The position numbers were made by a program, and so were the translations under genes. DNA of 64,000 nucleotides from Eledone cirrhosa (Eukaryota), in contig OZ024742.1 of NCBI GenBank assembly GCA_964016885.1, positions 104,532,001 to 104,596,000 of the forward strand, read 5' to 3'. The first letter of the stretch is position 1, and each line of letters starts with the position of its first letter. This document shows, piece after piece, positions 51,420-64,000 of this stretch. The notes beneath the pieces were generated by a model. That model made no database searches. It saw only the letters and a program-made list of their open reading frames with translations, and was not told the origin of the DNA.

Positions 51420-53661
51420 TATATATATATATATATATACTCATATATATTGTGACCTACTTTTTTGTGTCGTTTTCACGGGCACCATTACATTCTACAA
51501 ATATTTTGTTAATGCATTCCATGAAATTTAACTTAAAATCCTCTTTTCACTATGTAAACCAGAAGTTCTTTCTGGCCATCAAGATCAACCTGTGCTGCAT
51601 GCTACTAGATTTAAATAGAGGTTTTGTTTAACTTTCAATGAAACTTCACCAAACAGGTATACAACAAACACTGAACTCAAAACAAGTTTTAACTTAAATC
51701 GGTCAGACAGAAAAGGATAGGTGAATGATGGGAGGAGTGAGAAGAAATGAGATATATAGTGAACTAGATACAGACATAGATAGATAGTGAGATGGATAGA
51801 TAGATAGATAGATAGATAGATAAAGAGAAAGAGGGAGGAGGGTGTGAGGAGAAGCTAGGAATGGAGTGGAGTGAAGTGAGGGTTCATAGAGTGAAACTAG
51901 TTTAGTAACTTCTTTAATTTACTATGTTTTTTTTTTAAATACAAGGTTTATTATTTCAAAATAGGTGTATAATTCTCATATGATTTATAACAAAATTTAA
52001 TGTCATTTTGAAAAGGAGAAATACTTTGATATCTTAAGGCTAAAACTGTCCTTCATATGTTATTACTTAGATGAAACGAGAGCATAAAATGTCTAAGATA
52101 TATACAACTGGTTAGGAAAGTAAACAGCTAAATAAATATGTAACAAGGTAAACAAATAAAATAGTTAGGATTATTGTAACAAACATTTCTTGTCTTTCAC
52201 TTTATGACATTTCAGGCAGGGTGAACTACTAAACACAATGTTTAACAAAAGACCAGACTTTAACCCGAAGCACTTGACAAATATTTAGTTTTCTTTAGAT
52301 TTAATAGCAAGTAAATTATTTATTACTAATATTACATAAAAAAAAGGAGATTAACCTGGGTCAGTAAATATGAATCCTAGTAACTTTTAAGATTAAAGAC
52401 TGGTTTCTAGTATAGACACTTGGCCCGCCAGAAATTTGGAATGAAAGGCAAAGTTAACTTCAGTAGGATTTGAATTCAAAACATAGAAAGTCATAACTAA
52501 ATACCACAAAACATTTTGTCTGATCCTCTTTTACCAATACTGCTCTTCTAAGTTCAAAGAATATAAGATCACCTCTATTGAATGGCTAACTTTTCAACAT
52601 ATCAACCCTTTTGTTATGTTTTTGATGAAAGGAACTAACTGCCTATGTGTTTCAATTAATTTTGAAAATAATCAAATTTTACAAGAATTTAGTATAATAA
52701 CTAATTTTCTATAAACATTTAATCCATTAGCATTTAAACCGGTCATATCTGGCCAGAATTTTCTCACCTGTTTCTGTTCAAACCTGCCATAACTTGCTAC
52801 TCATACTGACGTTAAGGTATTGTTCTCAAAATAAATAACATCAAAATCTCATGGATTCAACATTATATGAGATAATTATGTGAGATGCCTTTACTGAGAA
52901 AATATAATAGTAAATATTGAGTAATGTAAATGATTCAAATCCATCCTTTAAAATGCATTTTCTCCAAATATATTCAGGTTATTCTTCTTGGAGAAGAATG
53001 AAAGGCCAAGTCAACAGTACATAGAAAGACATAACTGAAACAGTTATGAAATACCACAATGTATTTTGGACTGATATCTATACACAGACACACAGACAGA
53101 TACATACAGGCTTCTGCAGAGTTCCAGTCAATCAAATTTCACTCATATTATAGTTGGACACTGTATTATGTGGATTTGAAGCAAGCTTTTTAATCATACA
53201 TGACAATAATATATGTATGTGTACATTGTGTACATATGTGCACATGTATGTCTGTGTGTGTATGTGATATATTAATGCCTTATCACAGTTCACTGATTGG
53301 AACCAGTAAAATAGTGTGTGTGTATGTGGGGTGTGTGTGTGTGCGCATGCATGTGTGTGCATGCATATGTCTGTGTGTTCTGAGAGGAAAAACAAACATG
53401 AAATGATGATTTTATATATATATATATATCTTCCAATATATATATATATATATATATCTTCCAAAATGGTAAAATAACAGCACGTGTCATACTCCTAAAA
53501 AATATTTTTCCTGTTTCATATCTTTTCCTACTCTCATCTATCTTTCTAATTCTTCATCTTTTTCTCTCAGTCTAACTTCTGATGAAGGTCTACCATCTGA
53601 AACCTTAAACCCCTTTACCTACAATATCAAACATTGAACTAATATATATCATCACCACATC

Positions 53662-54206
53662 AAAATAGACGGTAGCTACGGAGTAGGCAGACCCAGAAAA
53701 ACCTGGGACGACTTGATAAATTCCGACCTCACACACTTACACCTCTCCAAGACAATGTCACTGGACCGAGATCTTTGGCGGTACTCAGTAATACAGAAGA
53801 CCCGCCTTGCCTAAGTACAAAGCGAAACCTACAGTCAGAAGGAACCTCTTAACCAAAATACATCCCCGTCCCACTACCCCTACCCCCACGCCATCTACAC
53901 CACTCCTTTCGATGTAAAGCTATGTTGGTACCACAACGTCCAGTCCTAAACAAATGAGATCGTGTAGGTGTCACGACAAAAAAACACACAGTCCACGCTG
54001 TAATGTGGCCGTGTAGGTAACACGGTAAAAACCTCCCAGTTCCACACTGTAAAGGTGGTTGGTGTTAGGAAGGGCATCCAGCCGTAGAAAACCTGCCGGA
54101 GAAGTCCTCAGCAAGACAACCAATCTTGCCTCAAATAGGACAATTCCCGTCCAGACCCATGCTAGCGTGGAAGATGGACGTTAAACGATGATGATGATGA
54201 TGATGA
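53662..54206 (+). mobile_element. RTE (PHD family) 3' fragment
   Basis: Colinear with 41025-41797, one unit. Confidence 0.9.
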
Positions 54207-54528
54207 TTGTATTGTCCTCCTGTGTTATTCGTCCTCATTGACTTTTCTCATATATATAGTTTGGTTTATTCAATTGTAGATAATCCTGACATAAAGTCCA
54301 GTTAAAACTCAATGCGATTGTTTGGTTTTTCGAGATGAAGTAACCCACACTTGAGGGATGATTTGCTAATATTTCTTTAGTATCATAAATTCAGGAGTCA
54401 ACCACTACTATTAGCTAACTGGAAGGATCACGCAATATCATAAAATCAGAATAAAGAGATCCATGTAATTATAACATCGTCACCATCATTTAACACCCGT
54501 TCTCCTTGCTCTTGCACTCACTCACTCA

Positions 54529-54603
<75 letters not shown>

Positions 54604-54605
<2 letters not shown>

Positions 54606-55090
54606 TGAGATTCTACAGGACTAGAACTGTTTCATTCTTTAGAAATCATCAGGAATCTGGCCTTCCAAAATAAATGTTGTGGTATTTATATCTTTTCAGG
54701 TGGTATGAGAGGGTGGGAAGTAGGATGGGTGGAGGTCATTGGTTGAAAGAAAAGGGAATTCATTAAAAGCTAATTCTTTAAGGCTATAATTTATATTTAG
54801 AGTGACAAAGCAGAAAGAATTCTATAAACAAGTTCAGATTAGGGAGCCACTCCTTATTTTTAAGTTTCTCTTAAGCTAACAATACCTATATTTCAGGTGT
54901 CTATAAGATGGTTGGGGGCGGTCATGGTTAATGGATTTAAAGAAAAGGGAAATTCTTTAAAAGCTAATTCTTTAAAGCTCTACTTAGAGTGACAAAGGCC
55001 AAGAGAATTCTATAAACCAGTTCAAAATATTGGGTGCTTATATCATTATCGTCAAATTTCTCTTAAGCTATATTCCAGGTGTCAACAGAC
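54604..55090 (-). mobile_element. Hammerhead-bearing element, copy 2 (motif at 54608-54658)
   Basis: Hammerhead motif identical to 13952-14002; body colinear with 13950-14430. Confidence 0.7.
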
Positions 55091-55222
55091 ACATTCACAT
55101 ACACACACACACACACACATATATATGTATATATATATATATATACATATGTATATATATACACATATATATATATACACACATATATATACACATATAT
55201 ATATATATATATATATACATAT

Positions 55223-55253
<31 letters not shown>

Positions 55254-55591
55254 CATACATATATACATACATATATATATATATATACATATATGTATAT
55301 ATATATATATACACATATATATATACACATACATATACACATATATACATATATATATATATATACACATATACATATATATATATTCATATAAATATAC
55401 ACATATACAAACATATACAAACACATCTACAGAAATACACATATATACACATATACATATATATATTCATATAAATATACACATATACAAACATATACAA
55501 ACATATACAAACACATCTACAGAAATACACATATATATACATATACAAAATACATAAAAACACATACACAAATATATATATATATATATAT

Positions 55592-55715
55592 ACGTTATTC
55601 CGGGTTGAATCCACAGTAAGTAAGGTACTCAATACATTGCAGAGTATAAAAGTTTTAATATAGATGAGATTCTACAGGACTAGAACTGTTTCATTCTTTA
55701 GAAATCATCAGGAAT
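55592..55715 (-). mobile_element. Hammerhead motif (55667-55715) + 3' tail, copy 3
   Basis: Same motif; tail CTCTGCAATGTATTGAGTACCTTACTTACTGTGG is shared with the 18915-19114 element. Confidence 0.7.
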
Positions 55716-55725
55716 ATATATATTA

Positions 55726-56137
55726 GAAGACCCGCCTTACCTAAATACAAAGTAAAACCTATTACAGTCAGTAGGCATCTCTAACAAAATACACCCCCGT
55801 CCCACTTCCCCCCACCCCATCCACACCGCCCCTTTCAATGTAAAGTTATGTTGGTGCCACAACATCCAGGCCGAAACAAATGAGATCGTGTAGGTGTCAC
55901 GACAAAAAAACACACAGTTCACGCTGTAATGTGGCCGTGTAGGCAACACGGTAAAAACCTCCCAGCCCCACACTGTAAATGTGGTTGGTGTTAGGAAGGG
56001 CATCCAGCTGTAGAAAACCCGCCAGACAGTCCTATGCGAGCAATGACAACCACTCTTGCCTCAAGCGGGAAAACTCCCGTCCAAACCCATGCAAGCGTGG
56101 AACATGGATATTAAACGATGATGATGATGATGATGAT
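55726..56137 (+). mobile_element. RTE (PHD family) 3' UTR fragment
   Basis: Colinear with 41160-41797, one unit. Confidence 0.9.
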
Positions 56138-56238
56138 AGTAATAATAATAAATTTGAAGACTAAAATCCAAAGAGGGCTCGAAACTTTAATCTGTTATTT
56201 TAATAAATATATATATATAAATATATATATATATAAAT

Positions 56239-56325
<87 letters not shown>

Positions 56326-56413
56326 ATATATATATATACATATAGATATACACATACACACTTATATATATATATACACACACACACACATATATATATA
56401 CATATATACACAT

Positions 56414-56458
<45 letters not shown>

Positions 56459-56545
56459 TACACACATACATACATATACATATACATATATATACATATA
56501 TATACATATATATAAATACATATACATATATATATATTTATATAT

Positions 56546-56596
<51 letters not shown>

Positions 56597-56613
56597 TATA
56601 CATATATATATAT

Positions 56614-57350
56614 AAATAAGAGGGATCAGATGTTGTTTACTCGAGAGAAGGCTACGTTGGTATGGTCACGTGATGCGCATGAAAGACGACAGCTGTATAA
56701 CAAAGTGCAGGGCAATAAAGATAGATGGTAGCCACGGAGTAGGCAGACCCAGAAAAACCTGGAACGAGCTGATAAATTCCGACCTCACACACTTACACCT
56801 CTCCAAGACAATGTCACTGGACCGAGACCTTTGGCGGTACTCAGTAACAGAGAAGACCCGCGTTACCTAAATACAAAGTAAAACCTACTACAGTCAGTAG
56901 GCATCTCTAACAAAATACACCCCCATCCCACCACCCCCACCCCATCCACACCGCCCTTTTCAATGTAAAGTTATGTTGGTGCCACAAAATCCAGGCCGAA
57001 ACAAATGAGATCGTGTAGGTGTCACGAAAAAAAAACACACAGTCCACGCTGTAATGTGACCGTGTAGGCAACACGGTAAAAACGTCCCAGTCCCACACTG
57101 TAAATGTGGTTGGTGTTAGGAAGGGCATCCAGCTGTAGAAAACCTGCCAGACAGTCCACGCTGTAATGTGGCCGTGTAGGCAACACGGTAAAAACCTCCC
57201 AGCCCCACACTGTAAATGTGGTTGGTGTTAGGAAGGGCATCCAGCTGTAGAAAACCCGCCAGACAGTCCTATGCGAGCAAGACAACCACTCTTGCCTCAA
57301 GTGGGAAAACTCCCATCCAAACCCATGCAAGCATGGAACACGGACGTTAA

Positions 57351-57380
<30 letters not shown>
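56614..57380 (+). mobile_element. RTE (PHD family) 3' fragment, two 112-bp units
   Basis: Colinear with 40921-41797. Confidence 0.92.
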
Positions 57381-57419
<39 letters not shown>

Positions 57420-57758
57420 TATATTCATATAAATATACACATAAACAAACATATACAAACACATCTACAGAAATACACATATATACACATATACAAAATA
57501 CATAAAAACACATACACATCACATATATTTTTTTCAATCACATATATTTTTATTTGTTTGACCCTAATTACTTGGTCGTTCTTATGGTTGTGCGGATGAT
57601 TGTTTAACCATCGTCTCAGTGTGTTTGGCCTTTAACGTATGTTGTAGCTCTAGTTCACTAGCTTCTATGGAGCGCTTGCCCCACATCTCGGAAGTTGTTT
57701 TTCGTTAATTCCTAAGCCGAAATACGATTCTCGCTAATTTATATATATATATATATAT

Positions 57759-58414
<656 letters not shown>

Positions 58415-58551
58415 TATATATATACATATATACACATATACATATATACATATATATATATATACACATACATACATACATATACATATATATATATATA
58501 TACATATATATACATATATATAAATACATATACATATATATATACATATAT

Positions 58552-58646
<95 letters not shown>

Positions 58647-58712
58647 TACACACACATATATATATATATATATACACATATATACATACATATACACACA
58701 CACATATATATA

Positions 58713-59036
58713 TATACTTACATGTTTACGTTTATAATTTGCTTGTTTATCATTCACTTGCTAAGTTCATAGTTTCTAATTCGAATGGAAGGAGACGGGA
58801 TGTGTATTGGTGTAATGGTAGCACAGTGGTCTGGATAACCAAAGATGTGGGTTCGACTCCCATGTACGGCAACACTCATCTTTTTCCATTTCTCCGAGGG
58901 TTATAAACCCCACTATCAGACTAGAAATTTCTTTAGTCTAAAATACGGTGAAAGCTTCTAATTTCTAATTTCTAATTTCAAACTCGCGCACCGTTTCAAA
59001 AACATACTTACATGTTTACGTTTATAATTTGCTTGT
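58713..59036 (+). mobile_element. Element with ~33-bp direct terminal repeats and an internal tRNA-like sequence, in (TA)n
   Basis: ATACTTACATGTTTACGTTTATAATTTGCTTGT at ~58714 and ~59004; tRNA-like sequence at 58801-58871. Confidence 0.7.
58801..58871 (+). pseudogene. tRNA-like sequence (tRNA-Gln-like D arm), imperfect acceptor stem
   Basis: A box TGGTGTAATGG, D stem GTGT/GCAC, anticodon stem TGGT/ACCA, T arm GTGGG-TTCGACT-CCCAT. Confidence 0.65.
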
Positions 59037-59055
59037 ATATATATATATATAAATA

Positions 59056-59087
<32 letters not shown>

Positions 59088-59609
59088 TATATATATATGT
59101 ATATATAAATAAACACCTCTTGATGAAATGGAAAGAAGATATAAAGTTATCTCACCAAAACTGTCAGTCACTTACCTACAAAAGAGAAAGAAAAGAAAAA
59201 TCATTATTAAAAATTCAAAGTTATAAATGTATATATTTATATTTATATAAATAAGACTGTTATTGATCCAATCAGTCTGCAAACACTCACCAAACACCCC
59301 AAACTAAATACCTAATTGCACTCATGAGTCCTGCTAAACCAAACTGCAAACCACCCTCCAAATTCAGCAAACTGAATGAAGACCACCTCACTTCCCAAAC
59401 TTGGCATACCTAACTGGACCATAACAGCCACCAAATGGGAAAGAGAGACGTTATCATGCTGCAGCTGTCATATGACATAGTTTCTATATAATAAAGCTAA
59501 TGAAGCTATTATTATCTGCAGTGACTATGACTCCATTATGTAATAGGCCATACTCCACCTTCTGTCATCTCCCAACTTTAAACCTTCAAACTATCCACTT
59601 ATATAACAT

Positions 59610-59788
59610 AATTGTTTCTACTATTGGCACAAGGCCAGCAATTACCCAGTACATTACTGGTACTTTATTTTATCGACCCCGTAAGGATGAAAGGCAAAGT
59701 TAACCTTGGCGGGATTTGAACTCAGAATGGCAAGGGCCGTAACTCTATGCGTCAAAGCATGGCGTCCGATCCTCTACCGATACTGCCA
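59610..59788 (-). mobile_element. SINE family A
   Basis: Full-length match. Confidence 0.9.
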
Positions 59789-60949
59789 TAGTTTATACAA
59801 TACAACATAAAAAATATCCAAGTCATTAAAGTTATATAAATATCCAAGTCATTAAAGTCATTAAACAAAATGAAACCAAGATGAATATTACAAAATATGA
59901 TATCAAAAAGTGATGCAAAGGCATAAACTTCAATGTCATTATTTACATACATATAAATATGCAAAACATAATTCTGATTAAATCATATATACACAAATAT
60001 ATATGTACAAATAAGCTCAAATACATGAACACAGATTTGCAAATTTATTTAACAAAATTAAAATCTACCAGATTAGCAACCATCCCTAACCCTTTAGCAT
60101 TTAAATTGACCGTATCTGGGCAGAATTATCTCACTTCTTTCTGCTCAAACTGGCTGTAACTGGCTGCTCATACTGATGTTAAGGTATTGTCCTCAAAATA
60201 AATAATATCGAAATCTCATAGATTTGATATTATGTGAGATAATGATGTGAGGTAAAGCCTTTAACACAAAAATACAATAGTATATATATAGAGTAATGTA
60301 AATGATAAAGGGTCTATCCCATGTGGTTAATGCAGAGAAAGGAAATAACCAAAGACAGAAGAAAACAGGAAAGAAAACAATGACATTAACCATCCCTTCA
60401 TCTGTAGCTCTAACTTCACTCATGGCATTTCAGTTAAGGCCAAAATTAGTAGAAGAAATCCCTTTAAATATATTATCTCAAAGCAACATGCTAAATTTTC
60501 CCTAAATAGGTCAAATATTGGCCAAATATCAGCAACAGGAATCTTCCTTTAATTACTACTTCAAAGCAAATAAGCTAAATTTCTACAGCCTCAATGTAAA
60601 CCAAATTATACACCTTTTTATATTTACTACTTCAAGGCAAATATACTAAATTTTCTTAGATCTCCCTAAATATGCTAATTTACTACCACCTCAATGTAAA
60701 TAAAATTAATTTCATAGCCCTATGCTTTTCATTTATAAACTTGAAATAACCTCAAATTTTCATAGAATCTTCCTTCCAACACCAAGGTACAGATGAAAAT
60801 GTTGTATCAGAAATGTTTTTCTTATCCTTCTCTTACTATATGTTTTAAGAGTTTTTTCACTTCTGTAAAAACATTCATCTTGCTACTTATCCTACCGTAA
60901 CATATAATTTGACTAGAAAACACATATCCTAACTATATCAGTGTACAGC

Positions 60950-62150
60950 TAAATGCAAAGGGTATCCAAACTTCTTTAAAGCTAAAATCCTTAGTCTTAT
61001 TGTAAACTTTTGTCACTATCGTCCCAATGAACCCCTCTCGATAGTGGCATCAAAATAATTATTCTTGCTAACATTGCATCAATTCCTCTTCACTTCTAAA
61101 CTTTTCAGATAGATTTGAAATGTCCATAATTAGGAACAAATACAACATCCACCCAGCTGCCTAATTAGGTCTATTCTCCTGATCTTCATTAACCCCTCCA
61201 TTATAGCCAAACTCACAGGGAGATAAATATAAATCTGCCAAGAGCAAGCTACCATTTCCACCCATTGGTATGCTCCTGACCTGTCTGAAAACATTACCTG
61301 CAAATGCAACGTAAGAATTATTTACTATAAACTGGACTGCCCATACAAGTTTATCCTTTGTTCAATTAGTGTATCCATTGTACCTTATGTTGTCATTCCT
61401 GAAAGAAACATACTTAAACTTATTTCAGAAAACCAGCTCTATTATATTACCCACCTCTTTCTCAACTAAATTCAACTCCAAACTAGTGTAAACAGTGGAG
61501 CAGTCATATACATACATTGTTTTTATAATCCTTATTCTGCTCAATCTAGTTAAAAATTCATTAATAGATCCTATACTCCACATATTCATTCCACTATATA
61601 CAAGAATTGCGTTAGAATATCTATTAAATGCCTCCTTAACTATTGATAAAACTTCATTAACTAAAATAGCTACTTGCTTATTTGTGCACCTACTAGCTCC
61701 GGCTATAAATCTACATTTGTATGGTGTCTTATGTAACTTGGGTATCCAGTAAACTCTGAGAACACACATATTTTTCTCCTTCAACTGGCAACCACCCAGA
61801 TCCTCCACTTCATACCTAAATTTTTCCAACAGCTGACCAATATTCCCTGGTCTCAGCTCATAGGTTCCAGCAACACTAAAATTATAATTAACACCACCTT
61901 CTAACTTCCTAACTACTACTGACAGAGAGTATTTTTTAGATATTGTAATAATATTACCTGCTGCTGTAATGATATATTTATTGTGATACCCACATAGAAA
62001 TTGCTTCACCTCGGGCCTATTAAGTAAAGACAGACCCTGCGCCATCGTTCCCAACCCTCTTAACCTATTCCTTACCAAACTAACAACTCTCTCCTTCCAT
62101 TCCCCAAACACCTTTTGCTTCCACGGTTACTTTACCCAATTTATTCAATT
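60950..62150 (-). pseudogene. Degraded Penelope-like reverse transcriptase
   Basis: YWIPKLHKTPYKCRFIAGAS, YDCSTVYTSL (cf. YDFSTLYTxI), FAGNVFRQVRSIPMG, LLADLYL; stops, frameshifts and a decayed catalytic DD. Confidence 0.85.
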
Positions 62151-62174
62151 ATCTGCATTGTAGCAACTATATAT

Positions 62175-62412
62175 CATCATCATCATCATCATCGTTTAAC
62201 ATCTATCTTCCACACTAGCATGGGTTTAGACGGGAATTGTCCTACTTGAGGCAAGATTGGTCGGGTGACCGTGTCTCGCTCGAATAGGACTGTCTGGCAG
62301 GTTTTCTACAGCTGGATGCCCTTCCTAACACCAACCACGTTTACAGTGTGGACTGGAAGGTTTTTACCGTGTTACCTACACAGCCACATTACAGCGTGGA
62401 CTGTGCGTTTTT
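62175..62412 (-). mobile_element. RTE (PHD family) 3' UTR fragment, older
   Basis: Reverse-complement match to the 112-bp unit and tail. Confidence 0.85.
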
Positions 62413-62458
62413 TTAATATATATATATGTGTGTGTGTGTGTATATATATATGTGCATA

Positions 62459-62513
<55 letters not shown>

Positions 62514-63629
62514 ATATATGTGTATATATATATATGTATATTATAGTATAGCTTTTCTTTTCAATATTATACACCCTCCCCAAGTGATACATATGGGGAC
62601 ACATTCTCATGTCTGTGTATAACCCATGGATATATATATTATTAATAATTTTCCATTTATTACTATTAATAATATTATAATACTCCAGATGAAATTTCCA
62701 CTGTAGAGTGCTTCATATCTGTTATGAACATAATTCTGTTGAATAATCATCAAAAAAGCATATAACTCATTGTTTTGATATATATATAAAATAAAAATGG
62801 CGTAGTCATACAATACATATATATATATACATGCACACACACAAACCAATTTTTTTTACAAATTTCTAATTCCCTCATTTTCCATCACTTAATTTTATTA
62901 TTAAAGAAAAAAACTGAGGGTGGTAGATTAGAAGAGTTGTTAGAGCATTGGAGCAATGCCTTACAACATCCCCCACCCTGGAATGTTAAGCAATTTATTT
63001 ATTCAATAAACAAAACCTCACAATGTCAAGAAAGGCCATTGACATTATATAAAAATAATTGAACAGTATCTAATAAAAACAAAACACACCACTAAGGGAG
63101 TGGGGAATGAAAGAAGAAAAAGAAAATGAAAGGGAGAAAAAGAAAGAAGGATCAAGCAGTGAAAGAAAGGAAGAAGTGGAGGACAGTCACTACATCACAG
63201 TCTGAGAGGTGCCTCAGTCAGCCCCATGGACAAAACAGCAAACGGGTTAATGTGGAGAATAACGAAAGGCACCTGGTAGGGCTCCCTTCTCAAGTGGGCC
63301 ACCATCTTTCCAGCTTTACAGAGAAAGTCAGCAGTGTGGCAACCAAAGATTAGGCCTCAATGGAGACCACTGCAGTTGGTCAGGCCCTGATCATCTGAGT
63401 TCAAATCCCACCCAGGTCAACTTTACCTTTCAGCCTTGTGAGGTCGGTAAAGTAAAGTACCAGTTAAATACTGTGGTTGATATAATTGCTGGTCAGAAAG
63501 AATTATTAAAGAAAAACAAATTCATTTTAAAAATTATTTTATATAAAAATTATCTAAATCTGAAAAAATGTTTGCTTCATGAGAAATCTACTTATATATA
63601 TAACCAGCAATTTCTCTGTCTGTCTGTCC

Positions 63630-63960
63630 GACAGTGGAAACACGTGCGTAGAGAGAGAGTGAGAGTGAAAGAAAGAGACAGACTACGAGAGGGGGATAGC
63701 GGGAGGGAGAGAGAGAGAGAGTGAATAGACGCTAAAACACGTGCTACAGAAACATTACCTTCCCCTCTCCACTGACTTTGGTCACTGAGGCCGAGGGAAT
63801 CACGCTGAGCGCGTCATAATGACGTAATGCAGACAGCCAGACATACAGACAGGTATTATAAGGGCGCAACGTTATATCTATGTATCTATCTAAAAAGAAA
63901 GACGAAGAATTATATAGAGAGAACGCTAAATCGCCTAATGCGGTCCCTAGGGCATTGAAA
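63630..63960. promoter_or_regulatory. Possible promoter/first-exon region
   Basis: Non-repetitive and locally CpG-rich; palindrome CGTCAT-A-ATGACG with CRE-like TGACGTAA (63812-63827); CACGTG x2; minus-strand donor GAAG|GTAATG at 63759. Confidence 0.35.
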
Positions 63961-64000
63961 ATTTGAAATAATTTTTGCTCAAAACACTCACAGGACCATA

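Noticed and set aside
58801-58871. Bona fide tRNA-Ser(GGA)
   Set aside because: Mismatched acceptor stem, no long variable arm, and embedded in a repeat

Overview
AT-rich, repeat-saturated eukaryotic DNA. The (TA)n/(CA)n/(ATC)n microsatellite load and the SINE/LINE repertoire strongly resemble an octopus (cephalopod) genome, which is an inference. It is most likely intronic or intergenic, and no complete host gene is visible. Main content: (1) a 5'-truncated RTE LINE with an uninterrupted RT ORF and three C-terminal C2H2 fingers (7136-9690); (2) a second RTE family with a PHD-like finger (39592-41797) plus about 9 3' fragments, whose 3' UTR carries a 112-bp module present in 1, 2, 3 or 12 copies; (3) non-autonomous bipartite RTE derivatives; (4) relics of CR1, CRE, R4/Dong and Penelope-like elements; (5) two abundant tRNA-derived SINE families; (6) mariner- and piggyBac-type MITEs; (7) 39-bp and 46-bp minisatellites and a 2.2-kb (GTT)n/ACT array. 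The most interesting signal is a set of small elements inserted in (TA)n that carry type-I hammerhead-ribozyme motifs and/or long fold-back hairpins with a shared 3' tail. There is also a tRNA-like element with direct terminal repeats, a possible zero-length (recursive) splice site, and candidate micro-exons on the minus strand. Almost all ORFs in the supplied track are microsatellite artefacts.
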